A DNA stretch of 64,000 nucleotides from an uncultured delta proteobacterium (lineage in GTDB: Bacteria; Desulfobacterota; Desulfobacteria; Desulfobacterales; JAFDCJ01), in NCBI GenBank assembly GCA_963769935.1, contig CAVYNY010000032.1, forward strand, positions 1-64,000, in the 5' to 3' direction. How positions within the stretch are numbered: position 1 is the stretch's first letter; each line of letters begins with the position of its first letter. Positions 18,882-27,162 of the stretch are shown piece by piece. Made by a program: the position numbers and the translations under genes. A model generated the notes under the pieces. That model was not told the origin of the DNA. It searched no databases and saw only the letters and a program-made list of their open reading frames with translations.

Positions 18882-21188
18882 CTAATCGGCTTTCGGGGAC
18901 GATGACTGTTTAAGAACCTCGTCGGCATAAAGCTTTTGCAATGTCATCAGCGAAAGCAGCCAGGCCAGGGACGATTCGGCGCCTTCATTCTGGTTGATGC
19001 CGTCCGCCATCAACCCATCCCGGCAGCCGCCGGTCTTGGGATCATAGAGCGGCATATTCAGGTCGTTGTGTCCTAAAAACCAGTTAAAGCACATGACTGC
19101 ATTCTCAAACCAGGTGTGGTCCCGGGTAACATTAAAAGCTTCGACACAGGCTTCAACCATGGCGTTGGCTTCGACGGGCTGCTGGTCGAAACGGGCTCTG
19201 GGTCCGCCTTTTTCATACCAACCGGTGCTGCCGATGGGCGCAAAGTGATTGTCTTCGGTTTGGATGGCCAGCAGCCACTTGAGGGAATTGAGTCCCATAT
19301 CGATCATATCGTTGCGTTGCATCCGGCGGCCGGACAGCAGCAGAGCCTGGGGCAGTTTGCCGTTGGCATAGTTTAGAGCGTTCTCAAGCCAGGGCCAATC
19401 GTCTGTGGCATTGTTTTTAAACTGATCGAAAAGCCGGTCGGCAAGAACTTCCTGGATCCTGCGCACATCACTGTCACCGGAAAATTTATACAGGTAGGCA
19501 TGCATGCCCACCAGACAAAAAGCGATGGCGCGGGGCGAATGAAAATTCTCGACAGCTCGCAGGGCCTTGTTGAAAAGGGTTGTGCTCATTGCGAGATGCC
19601 CGGGATCGTCAAGAAAAGCCACTGCTTTGCCAAGGCACCAGAGTGCTCTGCCATGCGCATCCTCGGACCCGATCTCCTCCATCCATTGCCGCGAATAGGT
19701 CATGAAATTGCGGAAACGCCCATTTTTTTCATTATAGGCATACAGAAGAAATCCGAGATAATGACCGCTGAGAACATCAAGTCCCCAGCCGTTGGTCGGC
19801 AGGTATTTTTGACCCATGGCGGCGACCAGCAGCGCTCTGGCATTATCATCGGTGCAGTAGCCATGGGTGCGATCGGGAATGGTGTAGTTGGCATGCTGCA
19901 GGATGCCGGTATCATCGGTAAAGGCTTTCAGGTGATCGAGCTTGATCTCCGGGAGCTCGAAATTCGTGATGGCCTTGATGTTTTCAACATAGGAATGCCG
20001 GGGACGGGGGTTGCGGGTGCGGTTTTGCCGCACTTCACTGAAAACCTGGAGGTATTTTCGGGATACCTCTTTCCAGACTGCGTCACGGCTGAAGGTATAG
20101 GCTTTTTTGCGCATAGCGTGCCGTTCGACATCGTTGTCCAAAAGTCCGATAATTTGCTCCGCTAAGGCATCCGGATTGCGGAAGGGTACAATTCGGCCCC
20201 GGCCTTCGGCAAGCATCTCTGTGGCATACCAGTACGGTGTCGAAATGACGGCTTTGCCCGTGCCCATGGCATAGGCAAGGGTTCCGGAGGTAATCTGGGC
20301 TTCTTCCAGATAAGGGGTTACGTAAATATCGGCGATGCCGAGAAACTCACATAACTCCTTTAGTTCAACAAAACGATTTTGAAAAATGACATGCTCGCCG
20401 ATACCGAGTTTGCGCACGAGCTGCTGCAGCATGATTCGGTATGCATCCCCCTGCCACTTTAAAACATGCGGGTGGGTTGCGCCCAGGATAATATAGACCA
20501 CGTCAGGGTGTTTTTTTATAACCGCCGGCAGCGCCTGCAATACATTTTCGATGCCCTTATTTGAGGAAAGCAAGCCGAAGGTGAGCAGCACCTTTTTGCC
20601 TTCCACACCGAACTTGTCTTTGTTGAAGCTTGAATCAATAAACGGCGTATCCGGAATGCCGTGATGGATAAAGGCGATTTTCTCTTCGGGCACGGCATAG
20701 ATATCTTTGAGGAAGTCGGAGGCCTTGCGGCTCATCACCACCAGCTTATCGGACAGATCGGATAGCTTGCACATGACGTCACGATATTCCGGGGCGGGAT
20801 CTTTCAGAATCGTATGCAACGTTGTCACGACCGGCATGCGCAGATCACCCAACAGTTTCAGCAGGTGGCTGCCGGCCGGACCGCCGAAAAGACCGTATTC
20901 ATGCTGCACACAGACAATATCCGTCCGACTGATATTCATATATTGAGATGCGACACTATAATCGGTCAACTTGTTCTGATTGATCTCAAAGCGCACTTTT
21001 TCCGGATAGGGATATCCCTCGGGTTTGTCATTCATGGCTGCCGTCCAGCAGCAAATATCGGGGGCTTCCGCTGATAAGCCTTCAACCAGATCTGTGGTGA
21101 AGGTTGCGATACCGCACTGGCGGGGCAGATAGTTGCCGATTACGGCAACCGAGTCGATTCCCTCATAATACTTAATAACAGATGTCAT
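18882..21188 (-). CDS. GT4 glycosyltransferase fused to a six-hairpin glycosidase-like domain
   Basis: YLPRQCGIATFT, QHEYGLFGG, SGTLAYAMG, then GILQHA..GYCTDDNARAL..FDQQPVEA..NQNEGAES. Confidence 0.9.
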   Translation of the reverse strand: MTSVIKYYEGIDSVAVIGNYLPRQCGIATFTTDLVEGLSAEAPDICCWTAAMNDKPEGYPYPEKVRFEINQNKLTDYSVASQYMNISRTDIVCVQHEYGLFGGPAGSHLLKLLGDLRMPVVTTLHTILKDPAPEYRDVMCKLSDLSDKLVVMSRKASDFLKDIYAVPEEKIAFIHHGIPDTPFIDSSFNKDKFGVEGKKVLLTFGLLSSNKGIENVLQALPAVIKKHPDVVYIILGATHPHVLKWQGDAYRIMLQQLVRKLGIGEHVIFQNRFVELKELCEFLGIADIYVTPYLEEAQITSGTLAYAMGTGKAVISTPYWYATEMLAEGRGRIVPFRNPDALAEQIIGLLDNDVERHAMRKKAYTFSRDAVWKEVSRKYLQVFSEVRQNRTRNPRPRHSYVENIKAITNFELPEIKLDHLKAFTDDTGILQHANYTIPDRTHGYCTDDNARALLVAAMGQKYLPTNGWGLDVLSGHYLGFLLYAYNEKNGRFRNFMTYSRQWMEEIGSEDAHGRALWCLGKAVAFLDDPGHLAMSTTLFNKALRAVENFHSPRAIAFCLVGMHAYLYKFSGDSDVRRIQEVLADRLFDQFKNNATDDWPWLENALNYANGKLPQALLLSGRRMQRNDMIDMGLNSLKWLLAIQTEDNHFAPIGSTGWYEKGGPRARFDQQPVEANAMVEACVEAFNVTRDHTWFENAVMCFNWFLGHNDLNMPLYDPKTGGCRDGLMADGINQNEGAESSLAWLLSLMTLQKLYADEVLKQSSSPKAD

Positions 21189-21212
21189 ACCCGCTGCCTT
21201 TTTGTTCTACGT

Positions 21213-21338
21213 TTATCTTCCATTTGCCCAAATCGATTTCATTTTGTCTTTTTTTTGATTCCGTTTCTCCTTTAGGGTGTTCTTGGCTTTTTTCTGTTCT
21301 TCGCGGTTGCCTTTATCTTTTTTTCCCTTGTCTCCCAT
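21213..21338 (-). CDS. 41-aa basic protein MGDKGKKDKGNREEQKKAKNTLKEKRNQKKDKMKSIWANGR
   Basis: Hand translation; AAGGAG RBS; same strand as the flanking genes; not in the track. Confidence 0.55.
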   Translation of the reverse strand: MGDKGKKDKGNREEQKKAKNTLKEKRNQKKDKMKSIWANGR

Positions 21339-21396
21339 CTGATCTCCTTTTTATGAAAAAAGGTAACCCACAGAGGAGCTACCTTTAACAGCCGAC

Positions 21397-21747
21397 TTAT
21401 TTTTTAACGAGAAGTGCAACCCCATCGGAACACGCTTGAGCGACACCATAGTAAGCCTCTGTTTGCCCGGGCATTTTATTCCAGCCGCCCTTTTCAATGA
21501 ATTTATATCTCTCCCAGCTGTTTACTTTCTCAAATTCGCTGAATTTCTCCGCCTGGTTCGGGTCCTTCATGAATTGGGCGACGCAGATCGCCGCCTGACT
21601 CGCCAAGACGGCCTCTTTGGACATCTTTTCGCTGGTGGCGGCGGTAGACCAGCCCCCCCACGCAAAACCGATGATCATCGCGATGATTGCCCCGCAAATA
21701 AGGCCCCAAGTTCCAAACTTAACTTTTCCCGAAGTTTCCGGTTTCAT
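21397..21747 (-). CDS. Hypothetical membrane-anchored protein
   Basis: GGAGG RBS; TM GAIIAMIIGFAWGGW; Cys pair (AAICVAQF, AQACS). Confidence 0.7.
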   Translation of the reverse strand: MKPETSGKVKFGTWGLICGAIIAMIIGFAWGGWSTAATSEKMSKEAVLASQAAICVAQFMKDPNQAEKFSEFEKVNSWERYKFIEKGGWNKMPGQTEAYYGVAQACSDGVALLVKK

Positions 21748-21917
21748 GGATAATACCTCCCTTGAATGATGTTGTGATATTTTTGTTTGGGATGACCTTG
21801 CGACGTATGCATTGGATCAGGTCATCGGCCTTGGCCGATTTCTGTTGGATAGGAAAGGCTTTTGCACTTTTTTCGGTCAGAACCTCATTTCTGCGAGCGA
21901 TCCGGATGCCGTTCGGT

Positions 21918-23396
21918 TTAAAAAATGTAGAGTTCGCAGATTCTACGGTAATGGTAACCGTATATTGATAGCGTTATTGCCACGGAGATCTGTCTGGGTT
22001 TGCGGATCAGGGTCCAGAGCAGCAGTTGCCAGTAATGAAAACGCTCCTTTCCCAAAACCCCGAGCCGGAAAGCGGATCGAAAGAATGACAGGAAGCGCTG
22101 AATATTTATCGGCTGGTTGATTTCAGGCGCCTTCAGTTCTTTCAGCAGTGTTCTGACCCGCCGGTAATAGTTTTTCGGAGAATAAATCTGTTTCATTATC
22201 GATTGATAGCCGTCCAGAAGCCTGTCGAGGCCCATGCGGGGAATGATATTGGTGGTGCCGTCAACATTATCGCCGGAAAAGGTATTGACAACCCGACTTT
22301 CCCGTTGAAGCCGGTCAAAGAGACGCGTACCCGGAGGGGCCTGGAGCATCCCGACCATTGCGGTTACGATGCCGCTCTTTTGAATGAAATCGATCTGCCG
22401 CTGGAAAATGGAAGGCCTATCGCTGTCGAAGCCCACAATAAAACCGCCCATCACCTGCAACCCGGAACGATGGATAATTGCGACACTTTCAAGGAGGTCG
22501 CGGTTTTTATTCTGGGTTTTATGACATTCGGTGAGGCAGACCTCATCGGGCGACTCGATGCCGATAAAAACGGAATCGAATCCGGCCGTTACCATCATTT
22601 CCAGGAGTTCCGGGTCATCGGCGAGATTAATGGAGGCTTCCGTGAAAAAGACACAGCCTTTTTTACCTTGGCGCCATTCGATCAGGGCGGGCAGTAAATG
22701 CGTTTTAAGGTAATTCTTATTGCCGATAAAATTGTCATCCACAAAAAATATGCTGCCGCGCCAGCCGGAAGCATAAATACGGTCCAGTTCCGAGATGATT
22801 TGCCGAGGTGTTTTTAAGCGCGACCGGTGGCCGAATAAAGCCGTCACATTGCAGAATTCGCAGTTGAACGGGCAGCCTCTGGAAAACTGAATGCTCATGG
22901 ACGCGTATTTTTTAATTTTGACAAGATCCCAGGAGGGAGCCGGGGTATCGCCAAGATTGCAGAACCCAGCAGCCCTGTATACCTTTTGCGGATTTCCCTT
23001 TTGAAAGTCCGACAAAAAAGCCGGCAGTGTAAGCTCCGCTTCGTCGAGCACGAGATGATCCACCTGCTTGAATTCATCGGGCTCAGAAGTAAAAAGCGGC
23101 CCTCCCGCAACGACTTTCAAATTTGAAGCCTTACAACGGGCGATGATTTGTTCGGCCGATTTCCGTTGAACCGCCATGCCCCCGATAAAAGCCATATCCG
23201 CCCATAAAAGGTCTTTCTCCGTAAGGTTGTCCACATTTACGTCTACCAGGCGCTTGGGCCATGCCTCCGGCAACAGGGTCGCAACGGTGAGCAGGCCCAG
23301 CGGCGGGAAGGCCGCTTTCTTGCCGATAAAACTTAGAGCGTATGTAAAAGACCAGAAGGTCTCCGGAAATTTTGGGTAAATCAGGAGAATGTTCAT
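21918..23396 (-). CDS. B12-binding radical SAM protein (DUF4070 type), copy 1
   Basis: PPLGLLTVA, FSRGCPFNCEFC, FFVDDNFIG, GGFIVGFDSD. Confidence 0.92.
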   Translation of the reverse strand: MNILLIYPKFPETFWSFTYALSFIGKKAAFPPLGLLTVATLLPEAWPKRLVDVNVDNLTEKDLLWADMAFIGGMAVQRKSAEQIIARCKASNLKVVAGGPLFTSEPDEFKQVDHLVLDEAELTLPAFLSDFQKGNPQKVYRAAGFCNLGDTPAPSWDLVKIKKYASMSIQFSRGCPFNCEFCNVTALFGHRSRLKTPRQIISELDRIYASGWRGSIFFVDDNFIGNKNYLKTHLLPALIEWRQGKKGCVFFTEASINLADDPELLEMMVTAGFDSVFIGIESPDEVCLTECHKTQNKNRDLLESVAIIHRSGLQVMGGFIVGFDSDRPSIFQRQIDFIQKSGIVTAMVGMLQAPPGTRLFDRLQRESRVVNTFSGDNVDGTTNIIPRMGLDRLLDGYQSIMKQIYSPKNYYRRVRTLLKELKAPEINQPINIQRFLSFFRSAFRLGVLGKERFHYWQLLLWTLIRKPRQISVAITLSIYGYHYRRICELYIF

Positions 23397-23428
23397 ATCT
23401 CGAGACTCCTTTCTGCACATTTAGGGAA

Positions 23429-23758
23429 TTAGGTCTTTTTATCCCTGGCGGCGTTTACAGCCGCCATTCCTTCCGAATCGGAAACCGTGAGGATTTGAAT
23501 GTTCGGGGGTTCGCATAACAGGCTCTTTGTTCCAAGGATAACTCCGAATTTGGCCGACCTTATATGCTGGTCCAGATCTGCGCGGGTTTCCCATTCATCG
23601 ATCAGGCTGAAAACGTTCTCTGCTTCGATATCCCGGAAGACCTGATGGCTCAGACAACCCTTCTCCTTTCCCGTGGACTCAACCATTGAAAGAAGCGTTT
23701 GCATAACCTCTTTCTGCTTTTCGGGAAGTGCATTCATTGCTATCCTGACAAGGATCAC
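23429..23758 (-). CDS. ABM family protein, copy 2
   Basis: EKGCLSHQVF..LIDEWETRADLDQH; AAGGAGG RBS before GTG at 23758. Confidence 0.8.
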   Translation of the reverse strand: MILVRIAMNALPEKQKEVMQTLLSMVESTGKEKGCLSHQVFRDIEAENVFSLIDEWETRADLDQHIRSAKFGVILGTKSLLCEPPNIQILTVSDSEGMAAVNAARDKKT

Positions 23759-23969
23759 GGAAACCCTCCTTTCCACAACCGAATAAGATAGACGGTCTAA
23801 ATCAAACCCAAACCTTTTGCCAAATGTCGCAAAATTTATACAATCTATTGAAAATACAAATTATTATTCCATAGTTCCATTTGGGGCGAAGCCCCTGACT
23901 GGATATAAATTGGCGGCCTCTTTGCCCGGAACCGCATCCAAACAAATTCAAACTGTTCCTAATCACATA

Positions 23970-24119
23970 CTCAAACTTCGTGCCAGATTGGAAAAGTTTA
24001 ACTTTTTTGAACTCAACATATTGATTTATAAATTAATATTTTTATAAAAGCGGCTGAAAGTGGAGAGAGGACTGAACGTAAAATCAGGGTTACATATGAC
24101 CAATGGTCATATATGACCA
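23970..24119 (-). promoter_or_regulatory. sigma54-type promoter with IHF site and tandem UAS (copy 3); part of a ~260-bp diverged duplicate of 12805-13061
   Basis: TGGCAC-GAAGT-TTGA (23985-23971); AATCAA-TATG-TTG; GGGTTACATATGACCA (24087-24102) and the perfect palindrome TGGTCATATATGACCA (24104-24119). Confidence 0.8.
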
Positions 24120-24246
24120 TAACTTTACGGATCTTTGATGGGGTGTGGGGTATTCTGCGTGAAGGAATACGAATTGACGGTGTTATTCTGTGAGCCAAGC
24201 TGCAAAAAGTAAAGAATTCCGGCCCAGAGGGCCAGGATTTTTTACT

Positions 24247-25446
24247 TCAATCAGCCGGTAAGAATATATCCGGATACAGAATTTCAGCACATTCCGGGCA
24301 AATGCTGTGACTGAATTCAGCATCGGAGTGTTCCCTGACGTAGGCCTCGATTTGATTCCAATATCCTTTGTCATCCCGAATTTTCTTGCAATTGGCACAA
24401 ATGGGCAGCAAGCCTTTCAGAGTTTTGATATTGTCAAGCGCCGCCTGTAATTGGGAGATCAGTTTTTCGCGTTCTTCTTCTGCCTTTTTACGCTCGGTTA
24501 TATCTCTGGCGATGCCCTGGGTTCCCAAAAAGGCACCCAGCCCGAACTCTGCGGGTGAATACAATCCTTCCGCCGAGATTATGAAAACCTCCAAAGAAAC
24601 CGGACTTTGATTCTTGGTTATCAGTCTTGTCTCAAATGATTTTGTGCTCCTATCTCCTGTACGTCTCTCCTTGATTCTGTGAATTGTCTTGGACCTGTCC
24701 TCGGGATAAACGATCTTCATGACGTTGGTGCCTAATAGCTCTTCCGGCTGGTAGCCATATCGTTTTACGGAATCACTCACAAAAGTTATGCGGCCAGATG
24801 GGTCTAATCGATAGATGACGTCCGGCACGGTTTTGATTATGGAATCTAACTCCAGCTTGCTTGCAGCGAATGCCAGCTCTATTTGTTTGCGCTCGGTGAT
24901 ATCGCTTAAAGCAGATCGTATCACAATGCAGTTTCCGGCTTCCTCCACAACAGGGCGGCTATCGAGCTGAGCATAAAATTCAGTCCCATCATTTTTTGTC
25001 ATTCTCAGTTCACAAACTTGCTTCATTTTCGTTTCAAAAAGTTTTTGTCTGTGCAGGTAAAAACCATCCTGATCATCTCCGGCAATAAACTGAGAGAAGC
25101 GTCTTCCCGTCAGTTTTTTCCGTTCCATCCCCAGCATGGCTGCCCCCACAAGGTTCGCATCCAATATCAGCCCCTTATCGCTTATGCTAAAATAGCCTAT
25201 GGGCGCAAAATCATATAAATCTGTAACCTGATCCAGGGCTGCCTGCAGGTCCAGCTGGGTACTTCGCAGCTCCTCGTTTTGCATCTCCAGTTCAATCTGA
25301 TGCACCCTCAGCTCCTGGATCAGCTTATTGATATCCTCTAAGGGGATATCCGATAGATCGGAATTTCTTCCGAGCAGCCTTTTTTCCGCCATCCTTCGCA
25401 ATTCTTCAGAACTGGCTGGTTTGCGCATACTTTTACTCCATTTCAT
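24247..25446 (-). CDS. PAS-PAS protein with Cys/His-rich C-terminal tail and no kinase domain
   Basis: ELRVHQIELEMQNEEL, LYDFAPIGY, two PAS domains, tail LLPICANCKKIRDDKGYW..FSHSICPEC. Confidence 0.85.
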   Translation of the reverse strand: MKWSKSMRKPASSEELRRMAEKRLLGRNSDLSDIPLEDINKLIQELRVHQIELEMQNEELRSTQLDLQAALDQVTDLYDFAPIGYFSISDKGLILDANLVGAAMLGMERKKLTGRRFSQFIAGDDQDGFYLHRQKLFETKMKQVCELRMTKNDGTEFYAQLDSRPVVEEAGNCIVIRSALSDITERKQIELAFAASKLELDSIIKTVPDVIYRLDPSGRITFVSDSVKRYGYQPEELLGTNVMKIVYPEDRSKTIHRIKERRTGDRSTKSFETRLITKNQSPVSLEVFIISAEGLYSPAEFGLGAFLGTQGIARDITERKKAEEEREKLISQLQAALDNIKTLKGLLPICANCKKIRDDKGYWNQIEAYVREHSDAEFSHSICPECAEILYPDIFLPAD

Positions 25447-25477
25447 TTCTTTCAGCCCCGGTTAAATCGAAAAAAAA

Positions 25478-26959
25478 TTATAGAATATGTTTCTCGCATA
25501 TCCGCCGGAAGTGGTGGCCGTATATTGCAAGCGTGATGGTCAAGGGAAGCAGCCTGGGTTTGCGCACCAGGGTCCAGGTCATTAAATACCAGTATTGGAA
25601 TCGCTCCCTGCCCAGAATTCCAAGTAGAATACTGGTACGGAATAGCGCCAGAAATCGTTGAAGATCAAACCGTGTGTCCGTCTTGGAATTGCCAAATTCT
25701 TTGAGAAACACTCTTACCCGCCGATAATAATGCTTGGGGGAATAGATGTGTCCCATTACATACCGGTAGCCGTTCATGAGCTGATCGAGTCCCATCCTGG
25801 GGTGAATGTTGGTGGTGCCATCCACATTATCGCCGGAGATCGTCATAACCCGCAAGCGGTTATCCTTTTGCAGACGATCAAACAGCCTGGTTCCCGGTGG
25901 AGCCTGGAGCAGCCCTACCATGGCGGTTACAATGCCGCTTTTTTGGATAAAATCGATAAGCTGCTGGAAAGTTGATGGAGTATCGCTGTCAAAGCCGACA
26001 ATAAAGCCCCCCTGAACCTGCAACCCGGCGCGCTGCATAATCTTGACATCATTAAGAAGGTTCCGATTCTTGTTTTGAATTTTTTGACATTCGGTCAGGC
26101 TATCATCATTCGGCGATTCGATTCCAACGAAAACCGAATCGAAGCCCGCCTTGACCATCAACTCCATAAGTTCGTCGTCGTCGGCCAGGTTTATCGATGC
26201 TTCTGTGAAAAATATACACCCCTTCTTGTCTTGGCGCCATTCGATCAGCGCCGGCAGCAGTCGAGTTTTTAAGTATCGCTTGTTTCCAATAAAATTGTCG
26301 TCGACAAAAAAGATATTGCCACGCCAACCGTCACCATACATATGATCCAGTTCTGCAATCACCTGTTGGGCTGACTTCAGGCGGGGCCGGTGGCCGAAGA
26401 GAACCGTCACGTTACAGAAATCGCAGTTAAACGGGCACCCCCTGGAAAACTGAATGCTCATGGAAGCATATTTTTTCATATCTATCAGATTCCACGCGGG
26501 AGACGGGGTGTGATCGAGATCGCAGAAACCCGATGCCCTGTAAATCTTTTTCAGATCATCGTTTTTCAGGTCCTCAAGAAAAGACGGCAATGTTAATTCG
26601 GCCTCGTCGAGGACAAGGTGATCCACTTCCTCAAACGCATCCGGCTCTGCAGTAAAAAGCGGCCCCCCCGCGACGACTTTCAAATGCGCCGTCCGGCAGC
26701 GGGCTATTATTTGGTTGGCCGAGTCCCGTTGAACTGCCATTGCGCCGATGAAGGCTAGGTCTGCCCATGCGAGATCATCATCGGTGAGACCGTCCACGTT
26801 AACATCCACCAATCGCATGTGAAATTCAGCCGGCAACATGGCTGCGACGGTGAGCAAGCCAAGCGGTGGATAGGCGGCTTTCTTGCGGATAAATTTTAAA
26901 GCGTATTTGAAAGACCAAAACGTATCGGGAAACTTTGGGGAAATCAGAAGAATGTTCAT
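25478..26959 (-). CDS. B12-binding radical SAM protein (DUF4070 type), copy 2
   Basis: FSRGCPFNCDFC; closely paralogous to 21918..23396. Confidence 0.92.
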   Translation of the reverse strand: MNILLISPKFPDTFWSFKYALKFIRKKAAYPPLGLLTVAAMLPAEFHMRLVDVNVDGLTDDDLAWADLAFIGAMAVQRDSANQIIARCRTAHLKVVAGGPLFTAEPDAFEEVDHLVLDEAELTLPSFLEDLKNDDLKKIYRASGFCDLDHTPSPAWNLIDMKKYASMSIQFSRGCPFNCDFCNVTVLFGHRPRLKSAQQVIAELDHMYGDGWRGNIFFVDDNFIGNKRYLKTRLLPALIEWRQDKKGCIFFTEASINLADDDELMELMVKAGFDSVFVGIESPNDDSLTECQKIQNKNRNLLNDVKIMQRAGLQVQGGFIVGFDSDTPSTFQQLIDFIQKSGIVTAMVGLLQAPPGTRLFDRLQKDNRLRVMTISGDNVDGTTNIHPRMGLDQLMNGYRYVMGHIYSPKHYYRRVRVFLKEFGNSKTDTRFDLQRFLALFRTSILLGILGRERFQYWYLMTWTLVRKPRLLPLTITLAIYGHHFRRICEKHIL

Positions 26960-27162
26960 TGCATGAGATTCCTTTAACTTTTTAAAAAGGCATTCAGGCC
27001 AAAAGGGCGGATATGCTTTAAACTATAGGCAATTAGACCGGGCCAATATTTAATCTACAATTTCCAGGACCATTCTTTTCTTTACCTTCAATGGTTTCGA
27101 TGCATGCTGGAATAACGGAATATTGGAATGCTGGCTCTGGCGGAGTGAGATCTAATTTTAAT

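Noticed and set aside
23808..23823. Extra sigma54-like site TGGCAA-AAGGT-TTGG upstream of ABM copy 2
   Set aside because: Poor -12 match and no associated UAS pair; not supportable alone.
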